Below are positions 9,220 through 19,917 of a stretch of 64,000 bases of DNA, one piece after another. The translations under genes were made by a program, and so were the position numbers. Position 1 is the first letter of the stretch, and each line of letters opens with the position of its first letter. Location of the stretch: the IMG/VR virus record IMGVR_UViG_3300032167_000006. The stretch is one strand, 5' to 3'. Below the pieces are notes generated by a model. It worked only from the letters and a program-made list of their open reading frames with translations. It did not search any database and was not told where the DNA came from. This DNA is from a virus (lineage: Duplodnaviria > Caudoviricetes).

Positions 9220-10017
9220 ATGATAAATGTTATTATACCTGCATATAACTGTACTGCTACTTTAGGTAGAACTCTTAGTTCACTGGTAGCACAAACAGAT
9301 CAGGATTTTATAGTCACTGTTGTAGATGATTGTTCTACTGAAGATATTAAATCTATAGTAGATGATTATAGTAATAAATTGAATATTAATTATATTCGTA
9401 ATGAGAAAAATCTTGGATGTGGCATGTCACGTCAAGTTGGAATTGATAATACAACACAAGATTTTATAACTTTCTTAGATTCTGATGATATGTTTATGCC
9501 ATATGCGGTAGAAACTTTTAATGAAGTTATTAAAGCAAATCCAAATACTGAATTTCTTCATACACATTTCTATGAACAAATTAAAATAAATGGTGAAGTT
9601 GCTTTAGTTTTAAGAGAAGATAATTTTACTGCATGTCATGGTAAATTATATAATGTATCATTACTAAGAAAATTTAATATAAGGAATTCTCCCGAAGTTA
9701 AATGGGCCGATGACTCATATTTCAATTCAATGTGTAATGCATTTATGAAGATAAGTACCATTAAAGTGATAACAATGTTATGGGCTTATAATGAGAATTC
9801 AGTTTTAAGAAAAAATGATAGCAATAGAGATAATAATAAAGTATATGATTTTCTCAATGCTATGTATTTATCAGTAAAATTCATCGTTGAAAATAACGGT
9901 GATTTAAAATTTATTAAACAAAATATACTTGATTTTCCAAATAGATTTAAAGATTTAAAAGGCAAAGAATTAGCCTTAATGAATAAAATATTAAATTACA
10001 TAAGGAGGAAGTCATAA
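9220..10017 (+). CDS. Glycosyltransferase family 2 (GT-A fold)
   Basis: VIIPAYN, VVDDCSTE, NLGCGMSRQ.G, ITFLDSDD, HGKLY, WADDSYFN. Confidence 0.9.
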   Translation: MINVIIPAYNCTATLGRTLSSLVAQTDQDFIVTVVDDCSTEDIKSIVDDYSNKLNINYIRNEKNLGCGMSRQVGIDNTTQDFITFLDSDDMFMPYAVETFNEVIKANPNTEFLHTHFYEQIKINGEVALVLREDNFTACHGKLYNVSLLRKFNIRNSPEVKWADDSYFNSMCNAFMKISTIKVITMLWAYNENSVLRKNDSNRDNNKVYDFLNAMYLSVKFIVENNGDLKFIKQNILDFPNRFKDLKGKELALMNKILNYIRRKS

Positions 10018-10784
10018 TGGCTTACGAATATACAAAATTAAGTGAAGTAGAAATACTTGAATCTCCATCATCTCCTAATATTCTTGTTGAGGATAATGGT
10101 GAAATCGTGAGGGTTCCCTCATCTAATTTAACTACATCGGCTGCACAGGTGCAGGCTGACTGGAATGAGACTGACTCTGATAGCCCTGCTTTCATTCTTA
10201 ATAAACCCGATTTAAGTTCATCTGGTGGTTCTGATTCTGGTGTTGAAACTATAAAATATTATTATGCTGGTCAATCAGATATAATAACTGTATATGCCGA
10301 TGCTGATCATACTACAATATTAGATAGCGGAAATCTCTACAATAATTTTATTTCAGGTAAAAGAGTAATACTTATAGGTGAAAGTAGCACTTCAGATGTA
10401 TTATCAGTTAGATATTATCAAACAACTTTTTCATACCACGTATATGCAACAATGTATCAGCCTCATAAAAGTAGAATACTTGATCTTGATCTTGGTTCTA
10501 CTGATATTCCATTGGGACAGATTTCTACTGGTGAAGTAGATACTAATACAGTTATATACACTGGAGATAGTAGTGGTAGTTGCTCATTTAACGGACATTC
10601 GCAAATTAACCTTAGCGATCTGGTAGAAAATATTAATAATAATTCACGTATACTTATTAACTATTCAGATACAAATACAACTTGTAGTGTAATAGCAACT
10701 TATACATTATCAAGCGGAACCTCAGCAAGTATGGTATTATTAGAACCTGGAACTACTAACCTGAAAACTGTTACTATAGAATAA
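10017..10784 (+). CDS. Fibre/appendage protein
   Basis: QADWNETDSDSPAFILNKP linker shared with 7876; TAATG coupling to the GT gene. Confidence 0.6.
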   Translation: MAYEYTKLSEVEILESPSSPNILVEDNGEIVRVPSSNLTTSAAQVQADWNETDSDSPAFILNKPDLSSSGGSDSGVETIKYYYAGQSDIITVYADADHTTILDSGNLYNNFISGKRVILIGESSTSDVLSVRYYQTTFSYHVYATMYQPHKSRILDLDLGSTDIPLGQISTGEVDTNTVIYTGDSSGSCSFNGHSQINLSDLVENINNNSRILINYSDTNTTCSVIATYTLSSGTSASMVLLEPGTTNLKTVTIE

Positions 10785-10804
10785 TAAAATTGAGGTGATT
10801 TATT

Positions 10805-12115
10805 ATGGCAAACAACAACTTAATTACAGTTGATGTTTTGACTTCAGTATTAAGTGCTTATAAAGAGTCATTATCTAATAATGACTCTTTATATACAATC
10901 GTTGAACCTCAGGACGATGATGTTCCTATGGTGTTTATTACTGGTTCTATTCCCACATCAAAAACATATGTAAATGGTGAGATAGAATACATCTCCAAAA
11001 CATCAACTTTTAAAGCATATACAAAAATTAGACTTCAAGGAAGTTCTACTTTATCTCTTCCTAAGAAAAATTATACTATTAAATTATTTAGTGATAATAA
11101 TCGTAGTAAATCTTTAAATAAAGATTTTAGAGATTGGGGAGCTAATGATACATTCACACTCAAGGCAGATTATAATGATATTCTCCATGCAAGAAATGTT
11201 GTAAGTTCTAGACTTTGGGGTAAAGTGGTAGCTAGTAGAAGTGATTATGATTCGCTTCCTGAAGGATTAAAAAATAGCCCTAATAATGGAGCTGTTAATG
11301 GTTTTCCTGTAAAGGTTTATATTAACGGCGAATATATTGGATTATATAATTTTGTAACTCATAAAGATGCAAAATTATTTGGTATGAATGAAAATAATCC
11401 TAATCATGCCGTACTTCAAGCTGAATTTAATGATAATGGTAACAGTTCGGTGCAAAATAATCCATGCAATTTTAATACTAATTGGGATGGTACAGATAAA
11501 TACTGGAGTATAGAAGTTGGTAATGATGCAGCATATATTAAAGATAGATTTTATGAATTATATGAAAATGTGCATGGTGCCTATATAAATAATACTCCTG
11601 ACGCCATTACAAGAAGTATAGATAAGCAGAGCTTGATAGATTATTATATCTTTCAGGATGTAATTTTAGGAACAGACGGTTTAGCTAAAAATATGCTTAT
11701 AGTTACTTATGATTTAGATAAATGGTTTTTAAGTGCTTATGACTTAGATTCTACTTTTGATTTATCTTGGGAAGGAAAATTACTTAATTCTGCTAAAGTG
11801 GCATTATATGATAGTAATGTTATAAGAGATCCGTATTTAAATCATTATAGCATTCTTCCTAGAATTATTGGTAGATATTATTTTGAAGAATATGTAGAGA
11901 GATATATTGAACTCAGACAATCTGTATTAAGTGACTCTTCAATAATACAAGAATTTGAGAATTGCATCAATAATTATGGCGGAGAAGATGAGTATATTAA
12001 AGATACTATAGCTAATCCTAATATTCCTTTAGTTACTACAAATACTTTACAGTATTTAAGAACCTTTATTAAAGAACATCTTGCATATTTAGATTCTATA
12101 TATCTTAGTTATTAA
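10805..12115 (+). CDS. CotH-like atypical protein kinase
   Basis: QGSST...KKNY.IKL, LKADY.D..HARN, NGFPV.VYINGEY.GLY, DG.AKN, YDLD.TF. Confidence 0.75.
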   Translation: MANNNLITVDVLTSVLSAYKESLSNNDSLYTIVEPQDDDVPMVFITGSIPTSKTYVNGEIEYISKTSTFKAYTKIRLQGSSTLSLPKKNYTIKLFSDNNRSKSLNKDFRDWGANDTFTLKADYNDILHARNVVSSRLWGKVVASRSDYDSLPEGLKNSPNNGAVNGFPVKVYINGEYIGLYNFVTHKDAKLFGMNENNPNHAVLQAEFNDNGNSSVQNNPCNFNTNWDGTDKYWSIEVGNDAAYIKDRFYELYENVHGAYINNTPDAITRSIDKQSLIDYYIFQDVILGTDGLAKNMLIVTYDLDKWFLSAYDLDSTFDLSWEGKLLNSAKVALYDSNVIRDPYLNHYSILPRIIGRYYFEEYVERYIELRQSVLSDSSIIQEFENCINNYGGEDEYIKDTIANPNIPLVTTNTLQYLRTFIKEHLAYLDSIYLSY

Positions 12116-12129
12116 AGGAGGGGATTTAA

Positions 12130-14673
12130 ATGGCTAAATATATTAAAACAGAAGAAGGATATAAGCTAGCCAGTGATTTTATTGGATCTGGCGGCGGTAT
12201 CAAAGAGATTGAATCTGTAAATGATATTACTGATGTAGGTATTTATAAAACTGACAAAGAAGTATATTCTGCTAGTTATGATAAAATAGAATCGTACGTC
12301 CCAGTAGCAAAGGGTTTAACCACAAAGGTTGGATTTAAGATTGAAACATATCCATCATCCTCAACTAGTAATTATATACAGCTTAGAGATTCAAAGTTGG
12401 GTACGGCATGGATTGAAGTAGATGCTAACGGTATCTATATTACTGGAACTACGACATATAACGACGAGGATATGCATTATAGTGTATCAAGCAATAGTGA
12501 GATAACACTTGATTCTACTCCTGTGGATGTTGATGGTGTAATTTATCCATCACTTAAATCTTTAGGTATAATATATTTTGAAGTCATCGATATAACGATG
12601 GAAACAGATGCAGTAGTGCATATGTATGCAACCTCTACGTATTCTGATAGTCTTACTATTAATGAGATTAGAGGTGGTATGGGAATCGAAGGCGACAATT
12701 ATAATTCTGAAATATTCAATGATCATTCAGAAGGAGCAGCCTTTGGCTCTTATGCACATTCAGAGGGTAGAACAACTCAGGCTGGCGCAAGAGCTTTTAG
12801 AGTACAATCTATTGATTATTCCACCAGAACATTTACACTTGATAGCACATCAGGATTGAAAAAAGATATGTATTGGTCTGCTCAAATCTATAATGGTGCA
12901 ACAGCATTAAATGTTAATAGATACAGCAAGATTGAATCTATAAGTGGTAATACTGTTACGGTTGTATCAATGCCTGATAATTTTAATACAACTATTGTAC
13001 CAATAGATGAGGTGCTTGATGGATTTGATAATGAAAATAATATTTTCTTCACTCCAGATAATCCTAAATTGGGAACACGTAATATAGGTTCTGCAGCACA
13101 TTCTGAAGGTAGAAATACAGTAGCAGCTAGAAAAAATGCCCATGCGGAGGGTAATAAGTCAAAAGCCCTTGGACACTCTTCTCATGCTGAAAATACAAGT
13201 ACAGTTTATGGTACTTATGCTCATGGTGAAGGTTCAAGTTATGTATATGGAAACTATGCTCACGGTGAAGGTGTAGATACATATGCTGTTGGTGAAGCAT
13301 CTCATGCTCAAGGAAGAAAAAACATTGCATATAGCTATGACTGCTATGCAGGTGGAGGAAGTTCTGTTGGGTACACACACTTATTAAACAAGGGTCTTAA
13401 TCCAACAGATAAAGATTCATGGACACAATTATGGACTAACGAAGAGCGTGATAGTTTAGAATTATTTAATGCAGCAGTAGGAAATAACTCATTTACTCAA
13501 GGTTCAAATAACTTAGTAACTGGTTTACGTGGTTCAGCCTTAGGTAAACAAAATCATGTTAGCGGTCAGGATGCAGTGGCAGTAGGTAGTTACAATACTG
13601 CAGCTGGTATGCATTCAGGTGCATTTGGTTATTCAAATGAAGTTAATACTGGTGAGTCTTTTGTAATAGGCCACTCTAATATTGTTAAATCGCCTTACAG
13701 ATCTATTGCGATTGGTAATGGTAATGAACTTGTTTCGGCTACAACAGAAGGTACTATTATTCTTGGTCGTTATGGTTCAGACGTAGAACATCCTGAAGCT
13801 ATTTTTCTTATAGGTAATGGTACTGCATCTAAGAAATCTAGTATTTTTGGTATTACTTCTAATAATGGTTTATTTCATGGTCCTGCTACTATAGTTACAG
13901 GACAATATTCTGGTGCATTAGGTTATACCAATAACGTTACAGGTGCACAAGCGTTTGCTATAGGTCATACTAATATAGTAGATCAGCATAAGGGTATTGC
14001 ATTAGGTTTAGGTAATACATTATCTAATGTTGCAGGTGATGTTAGTAGAGCTGTTGTGGGTTATTATAATGATGATACTAACAAACCTTTATTTGCAGTT
14101 GGTAATGGTACTATCACCAAAGATAAAGAAACAGGTGAAATAACTAAATATAATCGTAGTAATGCTTTAGAATTAACTACCGCTGGAGAATTAAAAATTT
14201 CACGTTTGAATTCTGGTACTCATAGCACTAATACTGTATCAGGTACTGGAGTTGGTGTTATTGGCGCAAAAAACAATGTATCTAAAAATTACAGCACTGC
14301 AATAGGATACAATAATAAAATAACCGCAGGAGATACTCATTTTGTAGTTGGACACACAAATCAAATTGTAGCTGGATATAAACACGTAGCTCTTGGATTA
14401 GGAAATAAAATTGGTAACAAGGGAGCCGGAGTACAGGGTAGAGTTGCTGTTGGTCATTGGAATGATGATACTAATCAACCTATATTTGCAGTAGGTAATG
14501 GTACAGGTACTATTGATGTTAATGGCGAAATTACCAGCGAAAATCGCAGTAATGCCTTTGCAGTATTTGATGATGGTACCATTAAAGCTCATAAAAATGC
14601 TACAGTAGATTTAGAAATAACTTATACAGATGGAACAAAATCCACATACCATTTAGTGAAGTCGGAGGTGTAA
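12130..14673 (+). CDS. Receptor-binding fibre with YadA-head-like beta-roll repeats
   Basis: Repeats AHSEG/AHGEG and about 14-aa A[IL]G..N.V units; FAVGNG...RSNA neck motifs. Confidence 0.75.
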   Translation: MAKYIKTEEGYKLASDFIGSGGGIKEIESVNDITDVGIYKTDKEVYSASYDKIESYVPVAKGLTTKVGFKIETYPSSSTSNYIQLRDSKLGTAWIEVDANGIYITGTTTYNDEDMHYSVSSNSEITLDSTPVDVDGVIYPSLKSLGIIYFEVIDITMETDAVVHMYATSTYSDSLTINEIRGGMGIEGDNYNSEIFNDHSEGAAFGSYAHSEGRTTQAGARAFRVQSIDYSTRTFTLDSTSGLKKDMYWSAQIYNGATALNVNRYSKIESISGNTVTVVSMPDNFNTTIVPIDEVLDGFDNENNIFFTPDNPKLGTRNIGSAAHSEGRNTVAARKNAHAEGNKSKALGHSSHAENTSTVYGTYAHGEGSSYVYGNYAHGEGVDTYAVGEASHAQGRKNIAYSYDCYAGGGSSVGYTHLLNKGLNPTDKDSWTQLWTNEERDSLELFNAAVGNNSFTQGSNNLVTGLRGSALGKQNHVSGQDAVAVGSYNTAAGMHSGAFGYSNEVNTGESFVIGHSNIVKSPYRSIAIGNGNELVSATTEGTIILGRYGSDVEHPEAIFLIGNGTASKKSSIFGITSNNGLFHGPATIVTGQYSGALGYTNNVTGAQAFAIGHTNIVDQHKGIALGLGNTLSNVAGDVSRAVVGYYNDDTNKPLFAVGNGTITKDKETGEITKYNRSNALELTTAGELKISRLNSGTHSTNTVSGTGVGVIGAKNNVSKNYSTAIGYNNKITAGDTHFVVGHTNQIVAGYKHVALGLGNKIGNKGAGVQGRVAVGHWNDDTNQPIFAVGNGTGTIDVNGEITSENRSNAFAVFDDGTIKAHKNATVDLEITYTDGTKSTYHLVKSEV

Positions 14674-14679
14674 TAGCCT

Positions 14680-16419
14680 ATGGCGCATGCTTATCCTAAG
14701 AGTTATCTAGAATATGGTACGAGCACCACTTTCATGCCAGACGATAGTTATGACTATATTGATTTTAAAATTGAAATTGATGATTTTTCATATAATTGTG
14801 GAAGCGGTAGTGGTGGTACTATTTATGTAACACCTAATGTTTATGTAGAAGAACTTGGTAGTGGAATTTGTATTAATAATTTTAATTCTAAAAGAGAGCA
14901 AACGGTAATAAATTTTACAGCTTATCGTAATGGATCACATCTAAAGTCTATGACGATAACTCTGGCTGCAAATCCAGATGGTTATTTAGATGAAGACTTT
15001 TCTTTATATGATACAAGTATAGATTATTTAAATACTAAAAGTATTTTTTATTTAAATAATACAGATATTTCTTTAAGTAAATTAGAAATTAAATTTGTTG
15101 ATAGATTTACTAATGTATTAAGCAGCGGAAATGGTGTAATATATGAAGATGAAGACTTTACTGTTGAAAATGCAACTGGAAAGACTTTAGAAGTTACTAA
15201 TAGAAATGAATCAACTCAAGATAAAAATATAACTGTAGAGCTTTATTATTATAGTGACAATGGTAAAATTCTAATAAATACAGCGACTTTAACATTGTCT
15301 GCTAATCAAAGTGGTAATGAACCATCAAATCCTTCTGATCCGTCAGATCCTTCTAACATATCAAGTGTTTTATTTGGTGGTAAAGATTTAACTAACGCAT
15401 TATCTTTAAAACTTAATAATAAATCTGTAGCTAGTATTAAATTAGGCGGAGTTGTAATTTGGCCTTTAGTAAATACCAATTATGTAGCATCATTTTATAA
15501 AATAGAAACATATGGTGCTTCTAGTTCATATAATGAAACTACTAAAACTCTGTCACTTATATATGGAGAATCAACTATTAAAATTTATTTCAGTGGTAAC
15601 TTACCAGAATATAATAGCATAAATTCAATATCGGATTTCTGTACAATTACTGCTTCGCCTTCTAATTTACTTAATCATATTGAATTTATACCTGAAGAAA
15701 CCAATTGTTATAATATTTTAAATTATAATACTACTATAGATGATATATCTGGTACTTTATATTTCAACTTCAATCATCCAGATTACGAACCAAATATTTT
15801 AAGTTTAAATATAGTTGCAAAAGCAAGAACCCTAGTTAAAATATCTAAACCTACTTTAACCCGCTCAGATATATTTGAATACACAGGAAGCGTTATAAAT
15901 ATTGCCGATTATTATTCTGAAGAGGTTAAGAATACAGTGGATATAACTGGAAGATGTGAAGGAACCAGTCCAGGCGGTTATACTTACTATATAACACCAA
16001 AGGATGGTTATTGTTGGGAAGATGGTAGTACATCCCCAATAACGCAGTCTTTTGTAATACAAGAACCACATTATAATTATACTTTAACCTACGTACTTAA
16101 TGATAACAGTGCAGACTTCTATTGGGATACTAATGATCCAAATCCTGGAACACCAGAAATATCAGCTTCCTTAGTAAGTGATTTTGATGTTTGGGATATA
16201 GGCTCAGCTGATATACAAGTTAATGGAAACTATGTAATGGCTTACAAATCAAGTGATGCTTGGGTGGAAGATGATTATGGTTCAGGCGCTTTAGATACTC
16301 CAAGCGGTCATTATAATACAGATCCAATGTATAATGTAGGAATTGAAGTGCGTGCAACTGATCCGAATGGAGGATCTCATGCAGAAACTATCTATTTAAC
16401 TGCATATAGCACAAGATAG
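14680..16419 (+). CDS. Beta-rich putative appendage protein
   Basis: 579 aa, PSNPSDPSDPS linker, internal NKSVASIKLGGVVIW motif, Ig-like C-terminal part. Confidence 0.6.
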   Translation: MAHAYPKSYLEYGTSTTFMPDDSYDYIDFKIEIDDFSYNCGSGSGGTIYVTPNVYVEELGSGICINNFNSKREQTVINFTAYRNGSHLKSMTITLAANPDGYLDEDFSLYDTSIDYLNTKSIFYLNNTDISLSKLEIKFVDRFTNVLSSGNGVIYEDEDFTVENATGKTLEVTNRNESTQDKNITVELYYYSDNGKILINTATLTLSANQSGNEPSNPSDPSDPSNISSVLFGGKDLTNALSLKLNNKSVASIKLGGVVIWPLVNTNYVASFYKIETYGASSSYNETTKTLSLIYGESTIKIYFSGNLPEYNSINSISDFCTITASPSNLLNHIEFIPEETNCYNILNYNTTIDDISGTLYFNFNHPDYEPNILSLNIVAKARTLVKISKPTLTRSDIFEYTGSVINIADYYSEEVKNTVDITGRCEGTSPGGYTYYITPKDGYCWEDGSTSPITQSFVIQEPHYNYTLTYVLNDNSADFYWDTNDPNPGTPEISASLVSDFDVWDIGSADIQVNGNYVMAYKSSDAWVEDDYGSGALDTPSGHYNTDPMYNVGIEVRATDPNGGSHAETIYLTAYSTR

Positions 16420-16429
16420 ATTAATTAAT

Positions 16430-16464
16430 ATACTAAGATGGGTAATTTAAACCCATCTTAGTAT
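16430..16464. terminator. Hairpin, 14-bp stem, AATTTAA loop
   Basis: atactaagatgggt-aatttaa-acccatcttagtat after the stop at 16419. Confidence 0.65.
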
Positions 16465-16495
16465 TATAAAAATATATAAAGGAGGTCTTTATACA

Positions 16496-19400
16496 ATGGG
16501 AATATTAAAAGTTAAAGATAAAGATGGAAATATAGTAAATCTTCCTGCAATTGGTAGTTCTATTAGTCATAAATGGAATGGTACAAAATTAACAGTGACT
16601 TCTAGTAGTGGCACAACAACTACTGATCTTCAAGGCGCACCTGGTAAAAATGGTAATGATTATGTTATAACTAGTGCTGATAAAGAAGAAATAGCTGGTA
16701 TGGTTCAACGTTCGGTTGAAGAAGGAATTCCTAGTTATATTTTAGAATCAGCAGAAGATTTTGCTCATAAAGTACAAAGCAGACAAAGTGGAGATAGCTT
16801 TACTTTTGCGTTTTTAAGTGATGCACATATAACAAAAAGTAGACCATATACTATTACATCTGCTTTGCATGCAAAACAAGCTTTACAAATAATCAATAAG
16901 CGCATACCTTTAGATTTTATTATACATGGTGGCGATTATACTTGGGGAGAGGATTCCGAAGATAAAAATACAACCTATGATGATTTTGAATTATATCAAG
17001 AATTAATTGGTTCAGCCATACCAAATGTGCCAAATATTCATGTTATTGGTAATCATGATGATTTACCATATCAGCCAACAGGAAAAAGATTAACACAATC
17101 AGAAACTTTTGGTATTATCGGAAGAAAAAATTTATTAGCAAATGCCGTTTGTAATATGGGTAAAAACTATGGTTATGTAGATATAGATAATAGAAAAATA
17201 AGAATTATATATCTTGACACAGAAGATAAAAGATGTTTAAAAACCCCAGATGCTGCCAATGGAGAACATCCGGACAATAAATATTATTTTTTAAATATAC
17301 ATCATATATCTAAAGAACAGCTTGATTTTATAGCATCTAATGCATTAAATTTTGAAAGTAAGCTTCCTATTAAACCAGATGAAACAGATACAGAAGCAAC
17401 AAAAAAATGGGATGAAGAATGCAAAAAAGAATTAGATAAATGGAGCATACTTTTTGTTTCGCATTGGGGTATAAATGGCCATGGGTATGATTGGTGGAAA
17501 TATCCAAGAATTGGTACAAATGCAGATGGTAATCCTATATATGATGATTTTAGATGTAATATAGGTACAATCGGTAAAATGTTAGAAGCATATAAAAGAG
17601 GTAAAAGCTTTAAAGATGATATAGAACACATGAATGATGATGGTACATCTACATTAAAAAGTGCATCTTATGATTTTAGTGATAGAATTTATAGGGTACA
17701 AAATATTTTTGCCGCACATGGTGATTCACATAATATTGATCATGAATTAATAACAGGTGAAGTATTATCTATTGGTATTCCTAATGTTGTAAATGGTAGA
17801 GAAACTGTTAGTAGGGATGGAGTTAAATATACCAAAACTGCAGATACTGAAAATGGTACAGCATTTACTATTATTACTATAGATAGAGAAAATCAAAAAG
17901 TTTATGCTGATTGTTATGGCGCTGGCTATGATATGGAATTTAATAGTAATAGCATATTAGATATGGCCGGTATAATGAAAGATAAATATTTAGCATATCC
18001 ATGGAATGATGTAGTGCAAGAAGATGGATCAATTAAAAAAGTTACACGTGTTGATATATATGATAAACCAGGATATAAAACTACTAATTATATACCTTTC
18101 CAACCTGGTGATGTTTTAAGAATTAAAGGTATTTCTATTAAAGACGATCTTGATAGAATTAATTTTTATAAATCTTATAACACTGCAAGTGTTAATGCAC
18201 CAATATCGCATGTTACTGGACCAAATAGTTTAAAAAATCAGTTTTTTGAAGTAACTATTAGTGAGGATGGATATTCTTGCGAAATTCTATTATCAAATTC
18301 AGATAGTAGTTTTAAAAATAATGCACGCTATTTACGTATATGCTCTAGCGATATTAAAGATGATGCCATTATCACAATAAATAAAGAAATTACAGGATCT
18401 GAAGTTCCAGAAATTCCTGAAGACTCAACTACTGAAGAGCCTGAAAATCCTACTCCAGATGATACTAATACTATTTACTATACTACAGAAGGTATGCTTA
18501 GTAAGAGCAAAAATATTGGTTATATAAAGGGTTATTATTTAGGTGAAGGCGGTGGAGATGCTGATGCTCAATTAGCAATACCAGAAAATAATGCAACTTA
18601 TTATGTAACTGGTTTTATTCCTTGCGTACAAAATGATGTATTGAGAATTAAAGGTATTACTTTTGATGATGCTTTAGATAGAATAGCTTTATATGGTAAA
18701 GATACAGATGGTAATTATATACCACTAAAACGTAGTTCTGGAGAGTATGATGCTATTTTTGCTCTTAATAAAGATGAAAATGATAACTATATAGATAATG
18801 GATTATTTAACACTTATAGTATTACTCCAAACGTAGAGAATGATATTATTACTATTGCTTTTAATGCGCCTACAGATATAGCAGCTGTACGTATTTGTGC
18901 AAGTTTAATTAATAATAATTCTACCGTAACTATCAATGAAAATATTGGTATAACTTATTATACCGAAGAAGGTATACTCAGTAAGAGTAACAATATAGGT
19001 TATAAACAAGGATATAGATTAGTAGATACTAAAGCTGGAAACCCTGAAGATTATGTAGATACTAATTATTTTGTAACAGGCTATATTCCTGTATCAAAAG
19101 GTGATAGTATTGTAATCAAGGGCATTAGTTTTAGCTCAGCTAATGATAGACTTGTTTGTTATACAGAAGAAAATGGTACTTATACTCGTCTTACTAGAAC
19201 TTCAGATGGAAAAACTGTAGATGTTATTCTTCAGGCAAATGACTCTAATGGTATAGCAAGACACTTCGGTACAATGAAAACTGAAACTATTGACGGTGCT
19301 TCAGTTATAACTATACGCGTCACAGAAGGTAGCGAAGCTACTTCTAAGGGAGTAGAGTATATTCGTATTTGTTCATCAAGCATTAATAATACTTCTGTTA

Positions 19401-19870
19401 TTACAGTTGCCCAGCCTCCTGTTCTTTATACCAACGAAGGTATACTTAGTGAGAGCAATAATATTGGATATAAATATGGTTATACGTTAGTTAATACTAA
19501 AAATAATAGCAATGATGAAGATTATATAGATGATACTCATTATATAACAGGTTATATCCCTTGTGTGAAAGGTAATACTATAACACTCAAAAATATTAGT
19601 TTCAGTGAATCTAGTGAAAGAATAGTTTGTTATACAGAAGAAAATGGCGTTTATACTCGTCTTTCACGTAGTACTGAATCTGATGCTATTATTTACGCAA
19701 ATGATGATGGTGCTATAACAGGACATCTTGGTACTATTAGCAGAGATATAGATAATAATACTGTAACTATAAATGTTACAGGTGGTACAAATGGAACAAC
19801 TAATTCAGTAGAGTATATCCGTATCTGCTCAAAGGATATTAATGAAAATTCTATTATAACTATTAATTAA
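16496..19870 (+). CDS. Calcineurin-like metallophosphoesterase fused to a fibre-type N-terminus and four C-terminal repeats
   Basis: SDAH, GGDY, GNHD, VSH, HGDSH metal-binding motifs; repeats Y.EEGILS.S.NIGY...TGYIP...IKGI.F...IRICS. Confidence 0.8.
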   Translation: MGILKVKDKDGNIVNLPAIGSSISHKWNGTKLTVTSSSGTTTTDLQGAPGKNGNDYVITSADKEEIAGMVQRSVEEGIPSYILESAEDFAHKVQSRQSGDSFTFAFLSDAHITKSRPYTITSALHAKQALQIINKRIPLDFIIHGGDYTWGEDSEDKNTTYDDFELYQELIGSAIPNVPNIHVIGNHDDLPYQPTGKRLTQSETFGIIGRKNLLANAVCNMGKNYGYVDIDNRKIRIIYLDTEDKRCLKTPDAANGEHPDNKYYFLNIHHISKEQLDFIASNALNFESKLPIKPDETDTEATKKWDEECKKELDKWSILFVSHWGINGHGYDWWKYPRIGTNADGNPIYDDFRCNIGTIGKMLEAYKRGKSFKDDIEHMNDDGTSTLKSASYDFSDRIYRVQNIFAAHGDSHNIDHELITGEVLSIGIPNVVNGRETVSRDGVKYTKTADTENGTAFTIITIDRENQKVYADCYGAGYDMEFNSNSILDMAGIMKDKYLAYPWNDVVQEDGSIKKVTRVDIYDKPGYKTTNYIPFQPGDVLRIKGISIKDDLDRINFYKSYNTASVNAPISHVTGPNSLKNQFFEVTISEDGYSCEILLSNSDSSFKNNARYLRICSSDIKDDAIITINKEITGSEVPEIPEDSTTEEPENPTPDDTNTIYYTTEGMLSKSKNIGYIKGYYLGEGGGDADAQLAIPENNATYYVTGFIPCVQNDVLRIKGITFDDALDRIALYGKDTDGNYIPLKRSSGEYDAIFALNKDENDNYIDNGLFNTYSITPNVENDIITIAFNAPTDIAAVRICASLINNNSTVTINENIGITYYTEEGILSKSNNIGYKQGYRLVDTKAGNPEDYVDTNYFVTGYIPVSKGDSIVIKGISFSSANDRLVCYTEENGTYTRLTRTSDGKTVDVILQANDSNGIARHFGTMKTETIDGASVITIRVTEGSEATSKGVEYIRICSSSINNTSVITVAQPPVLYTNEGILSESNNIGYKYGYTLVNTKNNSNDEDYIDDTHYITGYIPCVKGNTITLKNISFSESSERIVCYTEENGVYTRLSRSTESDAIIYANDDGAITGHLGTISRDIDNNTVTINVTGGTNGTTNSVEYIRICSKDINENSIITIN

Positions 19871-19917
19871 TATATTATTTAATAATATATTTAAATAATA
19901 AAAGGAGTTGAATAATA

